A DNA stretch of 64,000 nucleotides from the NCBI GenBank assembly GCA_031267755.1, contig JAIRYP010000004.1, positions 10,686-74,685 of the forward strand, written 5' to 3'. Position 1 is the first letter of the stretch; each line of letters opens with the position of its first letter. The translations under genes and the position numbers were made by a program. The DNA comes from Clostridiales bacterium. GTDB lineage: Bacteria; Bacillota; Clostridia; Monoglobales; JAIRYP01. The notes under the pieces were generated by a model. That model saw only the letters and a list, made by a program, of their open reading frames with translations. It had not been told where the DNA came from and did not search any database. Shown piece by piece: positions 48,001 through 57,713 of this stretch.

Positions 48001-48984
48001 TTAATCTTCGAAACCATTAGGATGATTTTTATGCCATTTCCACGCACTTAAAATCATTTTTTGTAAATCGTATTTTGGCTTCCATTTTAATTCTTTTTCG
48101 ATTTTTTTACATTTTGCAACTAAAACGTCTGGGTCGCCTGCTCTTCGAGGTTTTACTTCGCCCTTTATATTAGTTTTTGTAATTTTGCGTACAGTTTCAA
48201 TGATTTCATTTACCGAAAAGCCACATCCACTTCCCAAATTATAAATAGATGCAACGTTTTCTTTTCTAATTTTCTCTAATGATAAAATATGCGCAAAAGC
48301 CAAATCTGTTACATGTACATAATCTCTGATGCACGTTCCATCCCTTGTATTATAATCGTTTCCAAATATTTCAACTTTGTTTTCTTTTTTAAGAATAGAT
48401 TTTAGAATAAGCGGTATCAAATGAGTTTCTGGTTTATGGCACTCTCCAATTTTCCCGTTGCTATGTGCACCACAAGCATTAAAATATCTAAGGGAAATAT
48501 AACTCATATCATGTGCAATGTTATACCATTTTAAAATTTTTTCAACGGCAAGTTTTGTTTCGCCATATGGGTTTATGGGTGTTTCTGGGCTATTTTCATC
48601 TATTGGAGTTATTGTTGGATTTCCATAAATTGCAGCAGTAGATGAAAATACTATTTTTCTAACATCGTATTTTATCATTTTTTCAATTAATTTCAATGTT
48701 GAAAAAATATTATTTTCATAATATTTATAAAGTTTTAAAGCGCTTTCTTCGACTTCGGAATATGCCGCAAAATGAATCACAGCTTCTATGGAATTTTTTT
48801 TAAATATATTTTCTAAAAATTCGTCATTTCTTAAATCACCAACTGAAAGATATCCACCTAAAACTGCTTTTTGGTGACCCCTTTCCAGATTATCTATAAC
48901 AATAATTTTTTCATTTCTGGCTAAAAGTTCTACGATTGTGTGGCTTCCTACGTAACCTGCACCGCCAGTAACCAAAATTGCCAT
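48001..48984 (-). CDS. galE: UDP-glucose 4-epimerase
   Basis: Contains ILVTGGAGYVGSH, SSTAAIYG and YGETK (YxxxK). Confidence 0.92.
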   Translation of the reverse strand: MAILVTGGAGYVGSHTIVELLARNEKIIVIDNLERGHQKAVLGGYLSVGDLRNDEFLENIFKKNSIEAVIHFAAYSEVEESALKLYKYYENNIFSTLKLIEKMIKYDVRKIVFSSTAAIYGNPTITPIDENSPETPINPYGETKLAVEKILKWYNIAHDMSYISLRYFNACGAHSNGKIGECHKPETHLIPLILKSILKKENKVEIFGNDYNTRDGTCIRDYVHVTDLAFAHILSLEKIRKENVASIYNLGSGCGFSVNEIIETVRKITKTNIKGEVKPRRAGDPDVLVAKCKKIEKELKWKPKYDLQKMILSAWKWHKNHPNGFED

Positions 48985-49003
48985 TTTTAATTCAACCTTC
49001 TTT

Positions 49004-49720
49004 TTAAAAATCTTTTTCTGTTTTTTCTAAATATTCTTTAAATATTTTTTTTTTTAGTTTCATGATTGCTTTTTTTTCTATTCTAGATACGTAAGATCTT
49101 GATATACCAAGTTTCCTAGCAATTTCTCTTTGAGTAAGTTTTTTTGAACAACAAAGGCCATATCTAAATTTTAAAACTTTTATTTCTCTTTCATCTAGTT
49201 CTGATTTAATTTTTTCGTATAAACTTTTGATTTGGTCATTTAAAATAATTGATTCAAATATTTCATTGTCATCTGTGCTCATTATACTGAAAAGTGTGAA
49301 TTCATTTCCTTCTTTATCAATTCCAACTGTTTCTTCGAGCGAAGTATCGTTTAGCATTTTTTTATTTTGTCTTATAAGCATAAGAATTTCATTTTCTATA
49401 CATCTGGACACATATGTAGATATTTTTGAAGATTTGGAAGGATCAAAACTTTCAATGCCCTTCATAAGCCCAATAGTACCTATTGAAATTAAATCTTCAC
49501 TATCTTTAACACTTTGAATGTACTTTTTTGAGATGTGCGCAACCAATCTTAAATTATGCTCAATGAGCTTATTTCTTGCCTTAATATCACCTTGTTTATA
49601 TTTTTCAAAGTATAATTGTTCGTCTTTTGGCGATAAAGGTTTTGGAAAAGAATTATTATCGGATATATAAGATATTAAAAATAATATAGGTCTTAATAAA
49701 ACTATTGATAAATTAAGCAC
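49004..49720 (-). CDS. sigK: sporulation sigma factor sigma-K (pro-protein, uninterrupted)
   Basis: FLISYISDNNSFPKPLS, LIEHNLRLVAHI, IGLMKGIESF, IDKEGNE and ISRSYVSRIEKKA match SigK rather than SigE. The GTG at 49720 lies 5 nt after GGAGG and gives a ~20-aa pro-sequence. The track's extension to 49807 runs into the probable hup terminator hairpin (AATGC/GCATT plus T run, about 49797-49824). Confidence 0.88.
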   Translation of the reverse strand: MLNLSIVLLRPILFLISYISDNNSFPKPLSPKDEQLYFEKYKQGDIKARNKLIEHNLRLVAHISKKYIQSVKDSEDLISIGTIGLMKGIESFDPSKSSKISTYVSRCIENEILMLIRQNKKMLNDTSLEETVGIDKEGNEFTLFSIMSTDDNEIFESIILNDQIKSLYEKIKSELDEREIKVLKFRYGLCCSKKLTQREIARKLGISRSYVSRIEKKAIMKLKKKIFKEYLEKTEKDF

Positions 49721-49869
49721 AATTACCTCCGCAGAAAAGACATCAGTGAATTTTATGCGAAATCGTTTCACTGCGTGCAAGTCCACGGAAGAGAAATATA
49801 AAAACAATGCGCAAATAAAGCATTACGAAGCATAATTAATATATTTGAAGTATGCGCTTAAAGTAATTT

Positions 49870-50166
49870 CTACTCGGATTCGTTTTCATTTCTACCATTT
49901 ACTAAATCCTTAAAATTTTTTCCTGCTTTGAATACAGGTACATTTGTTGCAGGAATAATTATTTCGCTTCCATCTCTTGGATTTCTACCAATTCTTTTTG
50001 CTCTTTGCTTAACTTCAAATGTACCAAAACCAACAATAACAAGTTTTTCTCCTTTAATAAGAGCTTCTTGCACAGATTCTGTAAAACAATTGATTATTTT
50101 TTCGACATCTTTTTTCTTTATCTCTGATTTTGTTGCAACTGATGAAACTAATTCTTGTTTGTTCAT
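49870..50166 (-). CDS. hup: DNA-binding protein HU
   Basis: Contains MNKQELV, GFGTFEVKQRAKRIGRNPRDG and PATNVPVFKAGK. It has a short acidic C-terminal tail. Confidence 0.95.
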   Translation of the reverse strand: MNKQELVSSVATKSEIKKKDVEKIINCFTESVQEALIKGEKLVIVGFGTFEVKQRAKRIGRNPRDGSEIIIPATNVPVFKAGKNFKDLVNGRNENESE

Positions 50167-50424
50167 TTTTTCTCCTCATAATGCATAAAATAATTAAGTT
50201 TCGCATACAATACTATGTTTTAAAAGGCTTTGCAAGCTTTTTAAAAAACAAATGTACTATATTTTGAGATATTAAAAATAATATTTTATTATTTTTATCT
50301 TAAAAATTTCAAAATAACATTAAAAATAATTAAAAACGACTTAAAATAAGCCGCATAATTATTTATTTTAATTTAAATTAAACTTAATTTCATATTATAA
50401 TTTTTAAAAAGCTTTATTTTTAAT

Positions 50425-51939
50425 TTATAATATTATACATATTAATCCTCCACTTCCTTCATTTATAATTTTTTGAAGTGTTTCTTGAAGTTTAAATTGA
50501 GCATCTTCTGGCATTTTGTACAATTTATTGTGAAGACCTTCGTTAACTAGTTCATGTAATGATTTTCCAAAAATATTTGATTCCCAAATTTTTTTAGGGT
50601 CAACTTCAAATTCTTTAAGAAGATAATGGACCAGCTCTTCACTTTGTTTTTCGGTTCCCACAATTGGGCTTACTTCGGTTTCAATATCTGCACGAATCAT
50701 GTGTATTGATGGTGCCGATGCTTTGAGCTTAACACCAAATTTGTTACCTTGCTTAACTATCTCTGGTTCTTCAAGTGTTAATTCATCAATGGTCGGCGAA
50801 ACTATTCCATAGCCTTTTCTCGATACTTCATCAAGTGCACCTGAAATTTTGTCATATTTTTTCTTTATTAGCGATAATTCACTCATAAAGTTAATAATTT
50901 CTTCTTGGCCGTTTATTAAAAAGCCCGAAGTTTCTTCAATTATTTTATAAAATAAAGTTTCAAGAGTTTTGATGTCAATCGTAGCATTTCCTTCGCCGAG
51001 ATTAATTTGTTTTATTAAAACTTTTTCCGTATTTTCAAATTCTTCAAGTTGCTCGGTAATACTTTTAATTTCTTTAATTTTAGAAATATTTTTGACAGAT
51101 TTTAAAATATTTTCTTTTATAGACGCTTTAAGCCAATGTTTATCATCGAGGTTATTTACCCACTTTGGAATATTTATACTAATTTCAGTTAAAGGAAATT
51201 CGAATAAAACTGTTTCCATTATATTACTTATATCTTCTGCTTCAAGTTCTTTACAATTTATATTAATTACTGAAATATTATGTTTTTCTTCAATTTGTTT
51301 CTTTGCATTTTTTGCACTTTCAGAATTTGGATCAATTGTATTTAAAACAACTATAAAAGGTTTATTAAGTTCTTTAAGTTCATTTATAACTTTGTCTTCG
51401 GCGTCTATATAATCTTCTCTATCAATGTCGGTAATTGTTCCATCGGTTGTAACGACGATTCCAATTGTTGAATGTTCAGTTATTACTTTTTTTGTTCCGA
51501 TTTCTGCAGCTTGAGAAAATGGCATAGGTTCTGTGCTCCATGGAGTAATCACCATTCTTGGTGCACCGTTTTCAACACTACCTAAAGAATTATTTACCAC
51601 ATATCCGACACAATCAATTAGGCGAGCTTTGAATGAAATGTTTTCTCCTAAAGTTTTATTTTCATCAGAAGTATTTTTGCCTAAAAAAATTTCAACAGCT
51701 TCATTTGGAATAAACTTAGGTTCTGTTGTCATAATTGTTTTTCCACCTGAGCTTTGAGGAAGTTCATCGATTGCTCTCGCTCTTGCAAGGTCATTTTCGA
51801 TATTTGGTATGATAAAAATGTTCATAATTTTTTGTATAATTGTGGATTTTCCAGTTCTGGCTGGTCCAACAAACCCTATATATATATTTCCGTCTGTTCT
51901 AATTGCGATATCTTCATAAACATTTCTATAATTGTTCAA
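50425..51939 (-). CDS. spoIVA: stage IV sporulation protein A
   Basis: Contains DIAIRTDGNIYIGFVGPARTGKST (Walker A) and ends in GLICIIL. 504 aa, colinear with SpoIVA. Confidence 0.95.
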   Translation of the reverse strand: MNNYRNVYEDIAIRTDGNIYIGFVGPARTGKSTIIQKIMNIFIIPNIENDLARARAIDELPQSSGGKTIMTTEPKFIPNEAVEIFLGKNTSDENKTLGENISFKARLIDCVGYVVNNSLGSVENGAPRMVITPWSTEPMPFSQAAEIGTKKVITEHSTIGIVVTTDGTITDIDREDYIDAEDKVINELKELNKPFIVVLNTIDPNSESAKNAKKQIEEKHNISVININCKELEAEDISNIMETVLFEFPLTEISINIPKWVNNLDDKHWLKASIKENILKSVKNISKIKEIKSITEQLEEFENTEKVLIKQINLGEGNATIDIKTLETLFYKIIEETSGFLINGQEEIINFMSELSLIKKKYDKISGALDEVSRKGYGIVSPTIDELTLEEPEIVKQGNKFGVKLKASAPSIHMIRADIETEVSPIVGTEKQSEELVHYLLKEFEVDPKKIWESNIFGKSLHELVNEGLHNKLYKMPEDAQFKLQETLQKIINEGSGGLICIIL

Positions 51940-52133
51940 AGTTTATCCTCCAAAAACGTTGCAAATTAAAAATTTATTAATTATACTTTCTAAATATAAA
52001 ATTTAGAACTATGCAAAAATTTTATTTTTTGTAAGTTTTATATTTTTTAATGATATAAAATTTTTTAAAATATTAAAATATTAGTTTTATGGTATACGAG
52101 GTTTTATGAAGCGCAAAAACACAGGAGTTTGAA

Positions 52134-52940
52134 TTGCGATTAAAATTTAAAAATAAAGTGAAACGAGAAATTAAAAGAAACAAAAAAAAAAAAAATAAAA
52201 AAAAGTTATTAAAAGAATTTATTTTTATTTTTATTATTTTTTTTACAACCTTTAAGATTTTAACCCATCCTTACTTTAGTGTGAAAGAAATTTATTGCAA
52301 CGATGGAAATAGTGTGTCTTCTGAATTTATTCTGAATGAATTACATTTTAAAGTTGGGAAAAGTATTTTTTTGATAAACTCTTGGTTGTCTAAAAAAAGA
52401 ATTTTTAAAAATCCTTACATAAAAATTGTGAAAATAAAAAAAGTTTTTCCAAATAAAATATTTGTTAATATAAATGAAAGAAAAAAATTTATTAAAATTT
52501 TAAATTCAAATGGAAATTTTTTTATAGATGACGAAGGTTTTGTGCTTGAATTTTTACATAATGAAAAAGAAAGATGTGAATTACAAGAAAGTTTTGATGT
52601 TGATAAATGTTGGCTGACAAGTGTATTGGGTTTAGAATTGGAACCTGTTATCGGTAAAAAAATTTCTCCGAAAAATGTTGAGTGTGTTGAATTTTTAACT
52701 TGTGTTAAAGCGCTTGAAAGAAAAAACGTACTAAATAAAATAGTTTATATAGATTTAAGTGATCTTAAGGACATAAAATTAAACTATATGAATAAAATTT
52801 TTGTAACCATTGGAGATACTTCAAATATTCCATATAAAATTAGGTTTATGTGTCAAATTTTAGAAGATTACATTAGCGGCGAAAGTGGTGAATTAGCATT
52901 TTTAAATAATGATTTTTATTTTAAGATAATATATGAATGA
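52134..52940 (+). CDS. ftsQ: cell division protein FtsQ/DivIB
   Basis: TTG start. A Lys-rich N-terminus is followed by a TM segment and a POTRA-like region (FSVKEIYCNDGNSVSSEFILNELHFKVGKSIF to VFPNKIFVNINERK). Confidence 0.72.
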   Translation: MRLKFKNKVKREIKRNKKKKNKKKLLKEFIFIFIIFFTTFKILTHPYFSVKEIYCNDGNSVSSEFILNELHFKVGKSIFLINSWLSKKRIFKNPYIKIVKIKKVFPNKIFVNINERKKFIKILNSNGNFFIDDEGFVLEFLHNEKERCELQESFDVDKCWLTSVLGLELEPVIGKKISPKNVECVEFLTCVKALERKNVLNKIVYIDLSDLKDIKLNYMNKIFVTIGDTSNIPYKIRFMCQILEDYISGESGELAFLNNDFYFKIIYE

Positions 52941-52972
52941 ATTAAAAATAGTATTTTTTAAAAAGGCAAAAT

Positions 52973-53686
52973 ATGAATAAATTAAAATTTCAGTTTTCAA
53001 TTGCTCTCGTTTGTTTTTTTCTTTCTTTTGCGATTACTTGGCAATATAGAGGAGTTCGGAAATTTTCAAGAGCAACTGAGCAGACTTCAGCAAGAATTGA
53101 TAAACTTCAGGAAGATTATAAGCAAGAAATTGAAAAAAATTTTAGTTTGCAAAAGCAAAATGAGGAATTAAAAGAAGAAATAGAAAATTATAAAGAAAAA
53201 AATTCGAGCGGAAGTAATTTTATAAATATTCTTAAGAATGAGCTTGAGAAAATTGAAATGGATGCAGGGATTGTAGATATATCTGGTCCGGGAGTTATTG
53301 TCACTCTTTCTGAAAAAAAGGAAGCATTTTCACCAGTTGAAAATGGAAATTTGTTTGTCGTACATGATACGAATTTGTTAGATACATTGAATGAACTTTG
53401 TGCTGCTGGAGCTGAAGCACTGTCTTTAAATGATGAGAGAATTATTTCGACAAGTGAAATTCGTTGTGTTGGGCCAACGGTGTGTATAAATAATACTCGC
53501 TATACTTCCCCTTTTGAAATAAAAGCTATTGGGGACCCGATAACTCTCGAGAATTCTTTGAAAATGCGTGGTGGAATAGTTGATAATATGGAATATTTTA
53601 TAGATATAAAAATAAAAAAAGTAAGCAGCATGACAATTAAAAAGTTTAAAGGAGCAAAACAATATAAATTTGGCAAAAAGCAATGA
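52973..53686 (+). CDS. DUF881 (YlxW/YlxX-like) division/sporulation-associated protein
   Basis: A TM segment and a coiled coil are followed by ISGPGVIVTL, VHDTNLLDTLNELCAAGAEALSLNDERI and SPFEIKAIGDP. Confidence 0.8.
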   Translation: MNKLKFQFSIALVCFFLSFAITWQYRGVRKFSRATEQTSARIDKLQEDYKQEIEKNFSLQKQNEELKEEIENYKEKNSSGSNFINILKNELEKIEMDAGIVDISGPGVIVTLSEKKEAFSPVENGNLFVVHDTNLLDTLNELCAAGAEALSLNDERIISTSEIRCVGPTVCINNTRYTSPFEIKAIGDPITLENSLKMRGGIVDNMEYFIDIKIKKVSSMTIKKFKGAKQYKFGKKQ

Positions 53687-53799
53687 TATTTATTTAAGAT
53701 TAAAATTTTAAAAATAAAACAATTTTTCTGCAAGAAACAAATGCAATTTTTTGATTAAAAAATTAGTAAAAGTTTTGAAGTGGTTGTGTATTATATATT

Positions 53800-54432
53800 A
53801 TGAGTGAAAATAATGATAAAACAAAGAGAATTTTATTATGTTTTTTAAGCGTTATGTTACTAGGAATGAGCACAGCACTGTGTATGAAATCAGGTTTTGG
53901 AACAAATTCAGTTGCAACGCTTTTTAGCGGAATTTCGAAAGTTACAAAATTAAACATTGGTTTTACAGCCAATACTATTAACACGGTACTGTCGATTGTT
54001 ATTTTTATTAAAAATAAAAAATATATAAATATTGGAACGATAGTTTATGCAGTATTTATGGGACATGCGATAAATTTTATAATTTTTTTGTATGATTTTT
54101 TGAATATACCAAATATTTTAGTTATTAAAATATTTGATTCTATCGTAGGATGTTTTTTATGCTTTCTTTCAGTTGGAATGTTTGTTGCCGCTGGAGTTGG
54201 TGTTAATCCTTGGGCGGCGCTTGGTTTAATTCTTAGAGATAAATTTGGCAAATCCTTTGGGATTATGAAAATGGTGGTCGATGTTTCTGCATTAATAATT
54301 GGTTATTTGTTAGGCGGGAAAATTGGAATCATCACAATTGTTACTGCATTTCTAACGGGACCATGTGCAGAGAAAATTTCAAATAATATTCGTAATTTTT
54401 TAAGTAAAAATGGTGCGGGTGGAGAGACTTGA
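53800..54432 (+). CDS. YczE/DUF6198-like membrane protein
   Basis: It appears to be two internally similar halves. The second half reads GVGVNPWAALGLILRDKFGKSFGIMKMVVDVSALIIGYLLGGKIGIITIVTAFLTGP. The last 22 nt overlap tRNA-Leu on the opposite strand. Confidence 0.5.
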   Translation: MSENNDKTKRILLCFLSVMLLGMSTALCMKSGFGTNSVATLFSGISKVTKLNIGFTANTINTVLSIVIFIKNKKYINIGTIVYAVFMGHAINFIIFLYDFLNIPNILVIKIFDSIVGCFLCFLSVGMFVAAGVGVNPWAALGLILRDKFGKSFGIMKMVVDVSALIIGYLLGGKIGIITIVTAFLTGPCAEKISNNIRNFLSKNGAGGET

Positions 54433-54494
54433 ACTCCCACGTCAATGACACTAGATCCTAAGTCTAGCGCGTCTGCCGATTCCGCCACACCCGC
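54411..54494 (-). tRNA. tRNA-Leu (anticodon TAG)
   Basis: The reverse complement is GCGGGTGTGGCGGAATCGGCAGACGCGCTAGACTTAGGATCTAGTGTCATTGACGTGGGAGTTCAAGTCTCTCCACCCGCACCA. It is type II. The anticodon loop is CTTAGGA. Confidence 0.88.
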
Positions 54495-54715
54495 ACATTT
54501 TGACAATGTATCATAGAAATTTGGTTTTTGCAATATAAAAAAATATTCTAATTATTTTTATATAAAACGTACTTCAGAGAGCAAAAAACTTTAAGTGAGT
54601 TCGTTTAAATTTATTTTAAAGTAATTTTTAAAATAATGTTGGTTGTTAGCACAGGTTTTATTCATACGGTAATCTCATTTTAATATACTAGTAAAAATAT
54701 TTATATAAAAATTAA

Positions 54716-55015
54716 ATGGGAGAATTGATGGAAGAAAAAAGACAACCTAATCAGAAAATACATTCTATAATGATTGAAAATCGCGAAAAAATGATTATAA
54801 CAAGTATTGAGGATGTTGAAAGTTTTGATGAAGAATCGATTATCATATACACTTCTATGGGAATTTTGGAAATAAAAGGAAGCAATTTTAGGATAAATAG
54901 ATTAAACGTTGAAGACGGTGAAGTTGTTATTGAAGGCGTAATTGATTCTATAAATTATAGCGATAAAAATTTTAAAGAAAAAAAAATAGGTTTTTTTTCT
55001 AGGATTTTTAAATGA
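54716..55015 (+). CDS. yabP: sporulation protein YabP
   Basis: HSIMIENREKMIITSIEDVESFDEESIIIYTSMGILEIKGSNFRINRLNVEDGEVVIEG matches the YabP pattern. The start may instead be the ATG at 54728. Confidence 0.85.
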   Translation: MGELMEEKRQPNQKIHSIMIENREKMIITSIEDVESFDEESIIIYTSMGILEIKGSNFRINRLNVEDGEVVIEGVIDSINYSDKNFKEKKIGFFSRIFK

Positions 55016-55117
55016 TTGTTTTATTAAATTATTAAACATTTTGTTTAAAATTAATTTATAATGACGAAATTTTGTTTTAAAAAAATAAAAAATTATTTTT
55101 TATGAAAGGCATCAAAA

Positions 55118-55630
55118 TTGGAAGAAACCTTGTATGGGCAGATATGTTTTTTTTTGTGGTCAATATTTGCAGGTTTTATTTTGGCGTTTATTTATGATGT
55201 GTTTCGAATATATAGAAAGTTGATTAAAACTAATGATTTTTTTGTTACAATTCAAGATATATCTTTTTTTTTAGTCTCCGCATTAATTATTTTTTTTGTT
55301 GCCTACAAGTTAAATAGTTCAAGAATGAGGATGTTTGAGTTTTTTGCAATTTTATTAGGTATGATTTTTTATAAAATAATATTTAAAGATTTTATTTTAA
55401 TTATAAGTGTAAAATTTATAAACATATTAATTAAAATTTCTTTATGGTTTTGGAAAAAATTAACTTATCCAGTTGTTTTTTTATGGAAAATATTAAAAAA
55501 ACCTTGTAGATTAGTAATTTGGTATTCTAAAAGGAGTATAGAAAAAGTTAAATATGTTGCTAAATTAGAAAATAGTATATTTAAGAATTATTTAAAATCA
55601 ATAAAGGGTTATCAAAAAAATAATAAATAA
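55118..55630 (+). CDS. yabQ: spore cortex biosynthesis protein YabQ
   Basis: TTG start. FAGFILAFIYDVFRIYRK matches the YabQ pattern, with further TM segments. It follows yabP. Confidence 0.78.
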   Translation: MEETLYGQICFFLWSIFAGFILAFIYDVFRIYRKLIKTNDFFVTIQDISFFLVSALIIFFVAYKLNSSRMRMFEFFAILLGMIFYKIIFKDFILIISVKFINILIKISLWFWKKLTYPVVFLWKILKKPCRLVIWYSKRSIEKVKYVAKLENSIFKNYLKSIKGYQKNNK

Positions 55631-55633
55631 TTT

Positions 55634-56620
55634 TTATTTCGTTTCTATAGCTTTAGCTTTTATAATTTTTTTATCTTTACCGTTTGAAAAAAATTTTTCA
55701 ATAAAAAATTGTTGAACTATTTGAAATAAATTACTAATTATCCAGTAAATTCCAAGACCTGCAGGCGTAGAAAAAGTTATCCAAGCGCTAAGTATTGGAG
55801 CGAGCCATTTCATGGATGAATTCATTGAATTTGTCACATCGATATTTTCGGAATTTGGAGTGGTGTTTTGGGATTGCTTTAGCGTTAGTTTGTTTGAAAA
55901 ATAAGTTGTAATTCCTGAAAAAAACGGAATTGTTAAAAGCATTATTTCATTTAAATTTCCCTTCCATTTTAAAAAAAAGAGATTCGTAACACTTATAAAA
56001 TTTGGTGTACTTGATAGATCCATACCTAAAAAATTGAAATTTATAAGAGTTATGTTTTTAAAAAGATTTGGAGTTATTATTTCGTTTTTTAAAATTTCTG
56101 GATGGAGAAACATTTGTCTTGCAATTTCAATTTCATGTATACCAAAATTTGCAATGCTGAGATCGTTTAACATTTCGATTGATTTTGATGAGTTACCATT
56201 GTTTTTTATATATGAAGTTGCCCATTCATTACATGCGCGTACAATTCGCCAAACTTCAGAGTAATCGACTCCCATAATGTATATGATGGGTTTTTTTATT
56301 ACCCAATATAGAGAAAAAATAATGAGTGGTTGCATTAAAGAAGTTATACAGCTGCTCATTGGATTCAACTTATGTTCTTTGTAAAGGTTTGCAATTTCTA
56401 AATTCTTTTTTTCTTTATCGTTTTTGTATTTTTCTTGTATTTCTTTAATTTTGGGGTTTATTTCCTTATTTTTTTTCATAGCTTTTACTTGATTCAAAGC
56501 AAGTGGCAAGACTGCAACTTTTGCAAAAATTGTGAGAAGTATTATGGATATTCCATAATTTTTTGTAAATCTGTAAAAAATTTCTAAAAAATGTCCAAGA
56601 ATTTTCATTATAAAATTCAT
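55634..56620 (-). CDS. yidC: membrane protein insertase YidC/SpoIIIJ family
   Basis: Contains GISIILLTIFAKVAVLPL, QVKAMKK, NPMSSC, and a C-terminal PAGLGIYWIISNLFQIVQQ block. Confidence 0.85.
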   Translation of the reverse strand: MNFIMKILGHFLEIFYRFTKNYGISIILLTIFAKVAVLPLALNQVKAMKKNKEINPKIKEIQEKYKNDKEKKNLEIANLYKEHKLNPMSSCITSLMQPLIIFSLYWVIKKPIIYIMGVDYSEVWRIVRACNEWATSYIKNNGNSSKSIEMLNDLSIANFGIHEIEIARQMFLHPEILKNEIITPNLFKNITLINFNFLGMDLSSTPNFISVTNLFFLKWKGNLNEIMLLTIPFFSGITTYFSNKLTLKQSQNTTPNSENIDVTNSMNSSMKWLAPILSAWITFSTPAGLGIYWIISNLFQIVQQFFIEKFFSNGKDKKIIKAKAIETK

Positions 56621-56747
56621 TTATGTAGCCTTTCTAAATTTATTTCATAATTTTTAATAATTTTATTAAATTTGCTTACAATTATTTCTATAAAATATTT
56701 TAATGTAGCGGAGTTTGAACTTTTATAAATTATTTTTATATTTGATT

Positions 56748-57713
56748 TTAAGGAAAATCTTCTAATTTATTGAAAACGTTTAAATTTATTTTAAGTAAAA
56801 TTTTTGTGTATTTTACGATTGAGTCAGCATTGATTTCGTAAATTTTAAAAAGTTCTGTGGGTTTTCCTGAAATTCCAAACAAATCTTGAATTCCAATTCT
56901 TTTCATAAGAATTGGATTTTCCTCGCATAAAATTTCAGATACCGCACTTCCTAGTCCTCCAATTATGTTATGTTCTTCAACGGTTACAACGGCACCAGTT
57001 TCTTCTGAAGATTTAATGATAATTTCTTTATCAATTGGTTTAATTGTGTGAATATTTATAACTTTTGCCGAAATTCCATCTTGACGCAAAATCTTTCTTG
57101 CTTCGAGTGCAAAAAACACGGTGAGACCTGTTGCTATGATAGTTACATCTTTGCCATCTTCAAGCAATATACCTTTTCCAAGATTAAAATTATAGGAATC
57201 ATTGAATATGTTATCGACTGCTAATCTTCCAAGTCTTATATAAAAAGGTCCATCGATATACGCTGAACTTTTAATCAAAAATTTTGCTTCATAATAATCC
57301 GATGGACTCACAATGGTCATATTTGGAATCGTTCGCATAATTCCAATATCTTCATTACATTGGTGTGAGCCTCCATCCTCTCCAACCGAAATTCCTGCAT
57401 GGCTTGCACAGATTTTTACATTTAAATTTGGATGAGCAACAGAATTTCTAATTTGTTCAAATGCCCTTCCTGCAGCAAACATGGCAAATGAGCTTGCGAA
57501 AACAACTTTCCCTGCAGAACTGAGACCTGCAGCAGTTGAAATCATATTGCCTTCAGCAATTCCGCAATTAAAAAAGCGAAGTGGATATTTTTTTTTAAAA
57601 ACGCAAGTTCTTGTAGAGTTAGATAGATCAGAATCTAAAACAACTATCTTTTTATCGTCTCCGATTTCTAAAAGAGCATCGCCATACCCTTCTCTCGTCG
57701 CTCGCTTAGACAT
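56748..57713 (-). CDS. transketolase, C-terminal (pyrimidine-binding plus C-terminal domain) subunit
   Basis: The ATG at 57713 lies 4 nt after GGAGGAG and forms an ATGTCTAA-type overlap with the upstream subunit's stop. The product begins MSKRATREGYGDALLE. The track's extension to 57755 is unlikely to be real. Confidence 0.88.
   Translation of the reverse strand: MSKRATREGYGDALLEIGDDKKIVVLDSDLSNSTRTCVFKKKYPLRFFNCGIAEGNMISTAAGLSSAGKVVFASSFAMFAAGRAFEQIRNSVAHPNLNVKICASHAGISVGEDGGSHQCNEDIGIMRTIPNMTIVSPSDYYEAKFLIKSSAYIDGPFYIRLGRLAVDNIFNDSYNFNLGKGILLEDGKDVTIIATGLTVFFALEARKILRQDGISAKVINIHTIKPIDKEIIIKSSEETGAVVTVEEHNIIGGLGSAVSEILCEENPILMKRIGIQDLFGISGKPTELFKIYEINADSIVKYTKILLKINLNVFNKLEDFP

Noticed and set aside
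49004-49807. Possibility that sigK is interrupted by a skin-like element, or that the 267-aa track ORF is the true product.
   Set aside because: All sigma regions 2-4 are contiguous in one ORF, so there is no intervening element. The N-terminal 29 track codons lack similarity, overlap the probable hup terminator, and are superseded by a GTG at 49720 with a GGAGG RBS.
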